Shown piece after piece: positions 1-6,890 of a stretch of DNA of 64,000 bases. This DNA is from Candidatus Cloacimonadales bacterium (lineage in GTDB: Bacteria > Cloacimonadota > Cloacimonadia > Cloacimonadales > JAFGVF01). The notes beneath the pieces are model-generated. The model saw nothing but the letters and a program-made list of their open reading frames with translations, did no database searches and was not told the DNA's origin. How positions within the stretch are numbered: the first letter of the stretch is position 1; every line of letters begins with the position of its first letter. The DNA lies in contig CAXXJV010000002.1 in NCBI GenBank assembly GCA_963663475.2, positions 320,001-384,000 on the forward strand, written 5' to 3'. A program made the position numbers and the translations under genes.

Positions 1-15
1 TACAATATCACTAAA

Positions 16-543
16 ATGGTTAAAGTGGTTAAAACTGATCCTAAAGGGCTTATCTATGGAACTGTCTATGAAGCTGACACTAAGGATTCACAAGGTGACT
101 GGGCTGATATTGATACTATTAGAAAAGCTGCTCATGAATTTCTAATGAAAGGTAAAAATCTAAATGTTGATGAAGACCATAATGAAAAACCTTCAGGTGC
201 TGCTATTGTCGAATCTTATGTTGATGACAAAGCTTGGAAGGTAACTATTAAGGCCGACCCGGAAAGCGAAACCTTTAAAAAAGTTATGAAAGGTGATTAT
301 GAAGGACTTTCTCTCATGGGAGTTGCTAAGAAAGTTGAAGAAGAACCACCTGCTAAAGAAGATGCTTTAGCAAAATCTATGGAAGAAATTAAACAATTAA
401 AAGAACAGGTTGCTCAATTACAGAAAAGTATGGAAAGCCTACCTGGTACAAAGCAAATCGAATTCGATAAAGACGGTAATATCATAGCTAAAAAAAGCGA
501 TGATACCGAACTATTCTCTGAATTCAAAACCTTGGAGGTTTAA
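16..543 (+). CDS. XkdF-like prohead serine protease/scaffold (may begin upstream of window)
   Basis: Motifs YGTVYEADTKDSQGD, KAAHEF, VDEDH, IVESY, GDYEGLSLMG; frame is open back to base 1; directly precedes capsid-like gene. Confidence 0.8.
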   Translation: MVKVVKTDPKGLIYGTVYEADTKDSQGDWADIDTIRKAAHEFLMKGKNLNVDEDHNEKPSGAAIVESYVDDKAWKVTIKADPESETFKKVMKGDYEGLSLMGVAKKVEEEPPAKEDALAKSMEEIKQLKEQVAQLQKSMESLPGTKQIEFDKDGNIIAKKSDDTELFSEFKTLEV

Positions 544-545
544 GA

Positions 546-1379
546 ATGGCTAAACTTTTATCAAAAAAATCTGCTGACCGCTTCATTGAGATAATGGTAG
601 AAAACTCTCCAGTTCTCAAGAAGATTTCCTTCGCAACTCTCTCTATGCCTGTTTGTGAATATCCTCTTTTGGGAATTAGCAGATATAAGACTCGCGGGAT
701 TGCCCGTAACTCTGTCGCATCTCTCGTAAATCCTACTGATGTAACAATTTCTTTCAACTGTAAAGAAGTTGTTTTACCTTTAGTTATTCCTGATTCTTAT
801 GCTGAAGATATGAATACTTCACAAGAAAAAATAGCTAATTATGTTGCTCGCGTTTTTGGCCTGGATATGCAATACCTTTTCTTAGCAGGTGATACTGCTA
901 ATGAAGGAACTGCTGATAAAGACCTTCTTGCAAAAACTCTTGATGGTTTGGTTAAGCAAGTAACTGCCAGTGGAAACACTGTTGATTATCCTGCTGATGC
1001 TACACCTTTAGACAAGCTTAAGCTCTTAATCAAGGCACTTCCCGATAACGCTTTGGCTGATCCTAAACTGGAAATCTGGATGGGTTCCTCTGATTACACT
1101 GACCTCTGGGATTCCATTGCCAATAACTCTGCTGATAAAGCACTCTTGATGAAAGATAACAAAATCTATTATAGAACTAAAGAAGTTGTCGAAATTCCTG
1201 AACTCTCTAAGATTATTGTTCTCAATCCTGAGCATGTTGCAGCTGGTATTGTTAGAGATATGACTATCGAAACTCAGCGTTATCCTGAAGCTCGTGGTAA
1301 CAAAGTTGTTCTTTCTGCTCGTGTAGATATTCAACCTGTTACTGATCACATGGTTATTGAAGGTAGCCAATCAGCTTAA
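546..1379 (+). CDS. Major capsid protein (HK97-like, putative)
   Basis: Position after protease; GGAGG RBS; motifs FGLDMQYLFLAGD and GIVRDMTIETQR...LSARVD resemble XkdG-type capsids. Confidence 0.75.
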   Translation: MAKLLSKKSADRFIEIMVENSPVLKKISFATLSMPVCEYPLLGISRYKTRGIARNSVASLVNPTDVTISFNCKEVVLPLVIPDSYAEDMNTSQEKIANYVARVFGLDMQYLFLAGDTANEGTADKDLLAKTLDGLVKQVTASGNTVDYPADATPLDKLKLLIKALPDNALADPKLEIWMGSSDYTDLWDSIANNSADKALLMKDNKIYYRTKEVVEIPELSKIIVLNPEHVAAGIVRDMTIETQRYPEARGNKVVLSARVDIQPVTDHMVIEGSQSA

Positions 1380-1389
1380 GGAGTTGATT

Positions 1390-1587
1390 ATGCCTGTTTG
1401 TGAGCAACACGCACGACTTGAAGAAGATATTAAATATATCAAAAATAAACTTGATGGCAATGGTCGTCCAGGTGTCCTGGAACGGCTTAGCCGTCTGGAA
1501 ACGAAATTAACAATCATAATCTGGCTTAATGGTTTTATGGCTTCTGCTGTGATTGGAAGCATTATTAAGTCTATAATTGGAGGATAA
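1390..1587 (+). CDS. Small holin-like/XhlA-like membrane protein
   Basis: AAGGAG RBS before ATG 1390; coiled coil, GNGRPG motif, C-terminal TM helix; upstream of lysozyme. Confidence 0.6.
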   Translation: MPVCEQHARLEEDIKYIKNKLDGNGRPGVLERLSRLETKLTIIIWLNGFMASAVIGSIIKSIIGG

Positions 1588-1588
1588 T

Positions 1589-1999
1589 GTGGGCGAATTA
1601 TTTAATCATCCTGCTGTTGTATCTGCTATTAGTGTAATCTTTACACTTTTTATTATGGGGGCTTTCTGGATTATTAAAAAGCAAAAACTTAACTTTGACT
1701 TCTTACTTCCAACAGTCACCACTATTATTGAAGCTATCTTTGCTAATGCTAAGGCAACTAATCCTGCTTTAGCTGCAAGACAAGAAGTAGAGACGCGACT
1801 GTCTCAAGAGGAATTAGCTAGACTCTCTAAACGCTTAGCTACCAACGACCCCGTCCAAACTATATATAATACTATAACAAATCCGGCCAGAGAGTCCGGG
1901 GAAAAAGATGCTTCTTCCTGGATAAGACAAATTGCAAGTGGCTTAGGTGCTTCTGCTATCTCTGGACTCGCAAAAGGATTGGCAAAGAAGTTGTTTTAG
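1589..1999 (+). CDS. Phage membrane protein (possible holin)
   Basis: GGAGG at 1579-1583 before GTG 1589; N-terminal TM helix; adjacent to endolysin. Confidence 0.5.
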   Translation: MGELFNHPAVVSAISVIFTLFIMGAFWIIKKQKLNFDFLLPTVTTIIEAIFANAKATNPALAARQEVETRLSQEELARLSKRLATNDPVQTIYNTITNPARESGEKDASSWIRQIASGLGASAISGLAKGLAKKLF

Positions 2000-2007
2000 A
2001 GAAAATT

Positions 2008-2457
2008 ATGATGAGACACATTAAAATTCAATGTAAAGAAATCGCTCGTAAGATGCTGATGAAACACGAAGGTCTAAGACTTAAACCTTATTCTTGCTCA
2101 GCAGGAAAACTAACAATTGGTTTTGGGCGAAATTTGGAAGACAAGGGAATCACTGAAGTTGAAGCACATAATCTACTTGATAATGATATTGATTCTCTTG
2201 TCTCTCAACTGATTAAAACTTATCCCTGGTTTAGGGAACTCAATGATGTGAGAAAGGCTGTTGTTATTGATATGGCCTTTAACTTAGGACTAGCAGGCTT
2301 CTCTGCTTTTAAAAAGACTATTGCTTACCTTACTCAGCATGATTACTCTAATGCTTCTCGCGAAATGCTTAACAGCAAGTGGGCTATGCAAGTGGGTTAT
2401 CGTGCCAATGAGCTATCTAAGCTAATGGAGAATGGAGAATTGAGAAGTGAGAAATAA
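2008..2457 (+). CDS. Endolysin, T4-like lysozyme (GH24)
   Basis: HEGLRLKPYSCSAGKLTIGFGRNL, DMAFNLG, SKWAMQVGYRA motifs. Confidence 0.92.
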   Translation: MMRHIKIQCKEIARKMLMKHEGLRLKPYSCSAGKLTIGFGRNLEDKGITEVEAHNLLDNDIDSLVSQLIKTYPWFRELNDVRKAVVIDMAFNLGLAGFSAFKKTIAYLTQHDYSNASREMLNSKWAMQVGYRANELSKLMENGELRSEK

Positions 2458-2459
2458 CC

Positions 2460-2483
2460 GGGAACGCTGACATCTTGTCGGCA
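2460..2483 (+). repeat. REP-like hairpin GGGAACGCTGACATCTTGTCGGCA
   Basis: Identical 24-mer at 6128-6151; both follow a stop codon. Confidence 0.85.
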
Positions 2484-2504
2484 CACTAAATATAAGGAGA
2501 AAAT

Positions 2505-3026
2505 ATGTTAACTAAAATAACAACTCTTACTTATGACTTGCTAACATCAGTTAATTCTGTATTTAGCAAACAATGTAGAGTTTATGTAGCAAAAGGTTCA
2601 ATGGAAGAAGCTGATATACCTACAGACAAAGCATCACTTCAAGCACTCTATTCAGGTGTTGACGCTAAGTTTGTCTTTCTGGGTAACCTTTCTGAAAGTG
2701 GATCTAAAATTGGTTGGAAGCAAAACTCAATTGCAATTGACTTTGGTTCAATAAATACCAATACTGATATTACAGGAACACTAATTTCACTTATGTGCGA
2801 TAAAAATATGCTTGGTTTCATCGAAACTCAAGTAGGAGAACATTCATTTCTTTTTATACCTGATAAAGGTGATGATACTATTCTCTGTGCTCTTTCTGGA
2901 GTAACAATGTCTCATGAAGGTGAGATTCCTGTAGTAGGAAAGAATGAAACAGCCAAAATAACCTTAAATCTAACTGCAAACGTTAATAAGGTTACTGATG
3001 CTGTTAAATTTAGCAATCTAGCATAG
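2505..3026 (+). CDS. Putative tail tube/structural protein
   Basis: AAGGAG RBS; 173 aa, beta-rich pattern; position in virion module. Confidence 0.45.
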   Translation: MLTKITTLTYDLLTSVNSVFSKQCRVYVAKGSMEEADIPTDKASLQALYSGVDAKFVFLGNLSESGSKIGWKQNSIAIDFGSINTNTDITGTLISLMCDKNMLGFIETQVGEHSFLFIPDKGDDTILCALSGVTMSHEGEIPVVGKNETAKITLNLTANVNKVTDAVKFSNLA

Positions 3027-3036
3027 AGGTGAAATA

Positions 3037-3468
3037 ATGAAAATGATAAGAATAAAGACCGGTAGTGAACTCCATGAGTTTTACGGAACTATTGATGTTA
3101 CCCCTGAAATAAAGCATATGGTAGAAGAAGAATGTGTTTATAATACTGGTCTTTCTTATCGTTTTGGTAAGTATTTTGTTGATAAGATTCAGCTTAATCT
3201 GAGTATTTCAGCTGAGGACTACGAAAATCTCTACTATAAAGTTATGAACTTGAATGAGTGGATTATTGCCTGGGAAACCTTAAACGGCTACCAATGGAGA
3301 AAATCTCGTTCTCCTCTCCCATATCCCTCTAAAATTCGCTTTATTAACGATGCTGTTACCCTAAAAATTGAGTCTGAACCTTACACTATACCAATGCAAA
3401 ACATGACTAATATTACTATGAATACTATCTGGAATGAATCTACTCCGGATAATACTATATGGAACTAG
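3037..3468 (+). CDS. Phage hypothetical (tail-associated)
   Basis: GAGG RBS, operon context. Confidence 0.55.
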   Translation: MKMIRIKTGSELHEFYGTIDVTPEIKHMVEEECVYNTGLSYRFGKYFVDKIQLNLSISAEDYENLYYKVMNLNEWIIAWETLNGYQWRKSRSPLPYPSKIRFINDAVTLKIESEPYTIPMQNMTNITMNTIWNESTPDNTIWN

Positions 3469-3494
3469 GAGTGAGGAGTGAATAGAACACAATG

Positions 3495-3565
3495 ACACAG
3501 ATTAAACAGATTTACACAGATAAGAAAGATTTAATAATTTCGGTGTATTCGGTGTTTTCGGTGGC
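3495..3565. repeat. Short 9-mer tandem repeats (ACACAGATT-like x3; TTCGGTGT x3)
   Basis: Directly visible; the two tracts are roughly complementary. Confidence 0.7.
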
Positions 3566-3631
3566 TAATATTTTCTTATCTTAAGACTCTGTGTTAAGGA
3601 AATTTAAAAGAATATAAAAAAAGGAGAAAGT

Positions 3632-4459
3632 ATGATAAATTTACCCGGTCCTGATACTACAGATTGGGGCACTCTCTATAACAGTGCTATTAATCAACTC
3701 GAAACTATGATTAATGCCAAAACAACAGAAATTTCATCTCTACAAACTCTTGTTAGCCAACTTCAAGCAGCTTTAAGCGAAATAGAAATGGATACGCAAC
3801 ATATAGATCACAATGGTACACCACTTTCTGATGTTGTCCATAATTTGGAAGGATCTTTTAACAATCCAATAACCCCAGGAACTAAAACCAAAATAACTTA
3901 TGATGCTAAAGGTTTTGTGACAGGAGGTACTAACCTAACTGAAGGAGATATTCCTGCACTTTCAATATCTAAAATCATAGGGCTTGAGGATATAATTAAC
4001 ATGGTGTTAGTTGATATGGATAGAGTAGAAATATCTGCTTCTATTCGTAATACAAATGGTGGAATTAGAGTCTCATGTTTTACTAATCCTCCTGTACCAG
4101 TACAATCATGGTCTGTAATGTTGGAATGGAAAGGGTCAATTTTTTATGATGTCCGTTCTTCCTCAAGTGAAAGCTTTATCAATATGGGTAATTATCCAGA
4201 AATACCTGATGGCCAATTAGTTAATATTATGGTGGCAGCAATATCTGGAACCAGTATTAAAAAAAAGGACTATTCACATACTTATAATTATGTGGCAACT
4301 TCCATAGATTTAAGAGTAAAAGCTGTAGAACATGAACTCGCACCTCAAGCTCTCATGGACAGAATAGCTCAAGATGATAATATTCTGAATGAATTAGTTA
4401 ACAAGCTTCAACACTCTGGCACATTAGTACAGCGGCTTAGTGAGGTTCTTGCCCGATGA
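3632..4459 (+). CDS. Tail fibre-like protein
   Basis: Coiled coil plus the fibre-type motif GTKTKITYDAKGFVTGG...DIPALSISKIIGL. Confidence 0.65.
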   Translation: MINLPGPDTTDWGTLYNSAINQLETMINAKTTEISSLQTLVSQLQAALSEIEMDTQHIDHNGTPLSDVVHNLEGSFNNPITPGTKTKITYDAKGFVTGGTNLTEGDIPALSISKIIGLEDIINMVLVDMDRVEISASIRNTNGGIRVSCFTNPPVPVQSWSVMLEWKGSIFYDVRSSSSESFINMGNYPEIPDGQLVNIMVAAISGTSIKKKDYSHTYNYVATSIDLRVKAVEHELAPQALMDRIAQDDNILNELVNKLQHSGTLVQRLSEVLAR

Positions 4460-4701
4460 TAAAGACCTTAAGAGACCTCAATGTTTATGAGTGGATGCAA
4501 GGCAAAACTGTAGCCACTAAACGCATTGATATTAGCCTTGAATATAAAGCTCCTATCTACTCTCTTGTAGATAAAAAGGAAGAAATTAACATTTTCGATA
4601 AAAATATAATCACTGAATCTGATGACTTTCCTGCTACACCTGAACCAGGTCAAATTGTTAGAAAAAATGGAATAACATACATATATAGAGGAGAAGAATA
4701 A
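4456..4701 (+). CDS. Small phage protein
   Basis: ATGA overlap with upstream gene; C-terminus resembles that of 4901-5485. Confidence 0.55.
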   Translation: MIKTLRDLNVYEWMQGKTVATKRIDISLEYKAPIYSLVDKKEEINIFDKNIITESDDFPATPEPGQIVRKNGITYIYRGEE

Positions 4702-4901
4702 TGAATTTAACCGAATATCTCGAACAAAAAAGAAAAAGTTTAATAGCTACCAACAAGAACCTATCAGATGAAAAACTAAGAGTTGAAGGTGCTTGGTTAA
4801 TCTTACAAGAGATTGAAGAAATTGTAAGAGCCCCTAAATCCCCTAAAGGGGACTTTGAGGAAGAGAATCCCAAATCAAAAACAAAAAAGAGAGGTAAATA
4901 A
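4701..4901 (+). CDS. Small phage coiled-coil protein
   Basis: TAATG coupling at both ends. Confidence 0.55.
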   Translation: MNLTEYLEQKRKSLIATNKNLSDEKLRVEGAWLILQEIEEIVRAPKSPKGDFEEENPKSKTKKRGK

Positions 4902-5485
4902 TGGCTTGGAAGAAAATAGTAGATTCATCATTTACTATTAATGGTAAGGCACTAGACGGTCCAATTGATATAACAAAAGAAGATGTTGGACTTGGTAATG
5001 TAGATAACATTTCCAGAGAACAACTAATTGCTAGTCTAACAGCTGATGATATTCCTATAATTACTATCTCTAAAGTAACAGGTCTCCAAGGTGCCTTAGA
5101 TGCAAAGGTTCCTACTAGCAGGACTATTGCTGGTAAGTCCTTAACAGCTGATATATCTCTTGCTAAGGCTGATGTAGGACTGGCAAACGTAGAAAATAAA
5201 TCACCTGAAGAACTTTCATCACTTATCAGAAGTCAAATTGTGGCTGATGATGTACCACTGCTTGAAATAACAAAAATAAATGGATTAGCTGATTTCCATG
5301 TGGTTCTAGCCTCTGAAATTAGCTCTAAAGTGTCTAAAACCACTACCATTAATGGAAAAGCTTTAGATGCTAATATATCTCTTGGGGGACAAGACATCAT
5401 CAGACCAGAGTCTTCTCTCCCCGCATCTGGTTCCCCTGGTGAAATGATAAGATTCTCAGGTAATACTTATATTTGGAAGGCATAA
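4901..5485 (+). CDS. Tail fibre repeat protein
   Basis: Three TI(N/A)GKxL..DI repeats, DVGLGNVDN, ISKVTGLQGALDAKV. Confidence 0.7.
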   Translation: MAWKKIVDSSFTINGKALDGPIDITKEDVGLGNVDNISREQLIASLTADDIPIITISKVTGLQGALDAKVPTSRTIAGKSLTADISLAKADVGLANVENKSPEELSSLIRSQIVADDVPLLEITKINGLADFHVVLASEISSKVSKTTTINGKALDANISLGGQDIIRPESSLPASGSPGEMIRFSGNTYIWKA

Positions 5486-5486
5486 G

Positions 5487-6125
5487 ATGTGGGTGAAAGT
5501 AGCTGATAGAGAAGAAATAGCTAAGTTTGAGATTACGGCTGAAGCTAACAAAGTTACTAGTCTAATTGGTGAAACACCAGATAGTTTTATGGCCTCTGAA
5601 GATGATTTAGGCCTTATGCTTCTTTGCAAAGTTCCTCTTAAAATTTCCTCTTTGGATATCCAATTAGAAGATGATGCTGAAATTAACCTAGAATGTTGGC
5701 AATATGAGGGACAGAACTCTCATTTAATCTTTTCTAAATCAGGCTTTACTGGTATTCTAGGTCTTAATACTATTCCTTGTGATATTATGCTTAGTCCTGG
5801 TAAATACTTTCTAAGAGTGATTAGTAGAGGTATCTTGCTTAAAAATACTACAAAAATCTCTACAAGTCATCACTTCCTGTCAGTTGTTGGAGGCTCAAGT
5901 GTAACAAATGACCTTATTCCTGATTATAACGAACTTTTAAATCCTACTGTTTGGTTTGGTATTTATAATATCCAAATACAAGTAGCAAATAAATCCTTAT
6001 ATCTAGGTATAACTGATGATCTTCTAAATAATGATGATCTCATACTAGGAGCTTTTTATCACTGTATTAAAAGTGGCTCCTTAACTATGTATGTCTTTGA
6101 CGGTACTCAACAATATTCAAAATAA
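5487..6125 (+). CDS. Phage hypothetical (possible fibre tip/receptor-binding)
   Basis: Follows fibre-repeat gene by 1 nt; beta-rich pattern. Confidence 0.5.
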   Translation: MWVKVADREEIAKFEITAEANKVTSLIGETPDSFMASEDDLGLMLLCKVPLKISSLDIQLEDDAEINLECWQYEGQNSHLIFSKSGFTGILGLNTIPCDIMLSPGKYFLRVISRGILLKNTTKISTSHHFLSVVGGSSVTNDLIPDYNELLNPTVWFGIYNIQIQVANKSLYLGITDDLLNNDDLILGAFYHCIKSGSLTMYVFDGTQQYSK

Positions 6126-6195
6126 CTGGGAACGCTGACATCTTGTCGGCATCTTAAATAACTGGGAATGTGGGCATCCTTGCCCGCATCTTAAA
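6120..6195 (+). repeat. Two tandem REP-like hairpin units
   Basis: AAATAACTGGGAA-stem-CATC(C)TTG-stem-ATCTTAAA twice, with different stem sequences. Confidence 0.8.
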
Positions 6196-6204
6196 GGAGA
6201 AATA

Positions 6205-6546
6205 ATGCAATATAAAACTAATATCAAGACTCTTAAAAGAGTATATGCAATTGCCAAAGAAGTAGGATTGGAGAATATCTTAATGGGCTCCAATGAAAAC
6301 AAAGAAGTGAAATTTGACCTCAAAGTGCTTTTAGATGGTATCTTTGAAAAAGATTTAGTTAATGAATTCTGTCAAACCGTTACAGGAGAGACTAAGGACT
6401 TTGAAGAAAACTTAAAAATACCAGGACTGGAGAGTGTCATACTGGGTTTTTTCGATGCTATCAAAGAGGACTTGCAAGAATCAAGCATCTTAAAAGCAAT
6501 GATAGTAACGCAAGTCAAGAATCAGACAACCCCTTCTACGATATAA
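6205..6546 (+). CDS. Tail assembly chaperone (gpG-like); -1 frameshift form would end at 6626
   Basis: Upstream of tape measure; in-frame G GGT TTT TTC at 6444-6453; -1 frame open to TAA 6624-6626. Confidence 0.8.
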   Translation: MQYKTNIKTLKRVYAIAKEVGLENILMGSNENKEVKFDLKVLLDGIFEKDLVNEFCQTVTGETKDFEENLKIPGLESVILGFFDAIKEDLQESSILKAMIVTQVKNQTTPSTI

Positions 6547-6633
6547 GCTTTGTCTTATATCAAAATAATATTAACCCGGATAACTTAGAGATTGATGAAG
6601 CATTTCATTATTTGGAAAAGATTTAATTTACTT

Positions 6634-6657
6634 GTAGGGGCGTATTGCATACGCCCT
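6634..6657 (+). repeat. GTAG-type REP-like hairpin
   Basis: GTAG-GGGCGTAT-TGC-ATACGCCC-T, between two convergent stop codons. Confidence 0.7.
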
Positions 6658-6683
6658 TCCATTGGCGGTGTGGTTTCATTCCA

Positions 6684-6791
6684 TCACCTTAAATATTTAT
6701 CTATCGGATTACTTCCATCATCTGATAAGATAAACCAAATGATAAAAGCTATAGGTACTAAAAATACTAATATCGCGATTATAAGCCACAT
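6684..6791 (-). CDS. 35-aa single-TM peptide (moron-like), not in ORF track
   Basis: GAAAGGAG RBS 6 nt before ATG; MWLIIAILVFLVPIAFIIWFILSDDGSNPIDKYLR-TGA. Confidence 0.7.
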   Translation of the reverse strand: MWLIIAILVFLVPIAFIIWFILSDDGSNPIDKYLR

Positions 6792-6807
6792 GGGTAACTC
6801 CTTTCTT

Positions 6808-6866
6808 CTCTGTGTCCTCTGTGTCTCTGTGGTGAGTTCTTCATTCCTGACTCTTAACTCCTAACT
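6808..6866. repeat. Short tandem repeats (CTCTGTG x3; TCCTAAC-like x3)
   Basis: Directly visible. Confidence 0.65.
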
Positions 6867-6890
6867 AAATAATAACCAAGTAGGTATAAT

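Noticed and set aside
644-1403. 15-bp match TATGCCTGTTTGTGA in the capsid gene and at the start of the holin-like gene
   Set aside because: Single short match with no supporting structure; likely chance
3632-6125. Diversity-generating retroelement or invertible fibre cassette
   Set aside because: No reverse transcriptase, TR/VR pair or invertase seen in the window
6592-6864. 90-aa plus-strand ORF
   Set aside because: Runs through repeats and is antisense to the better-supported 35-aa ORF; no RBS
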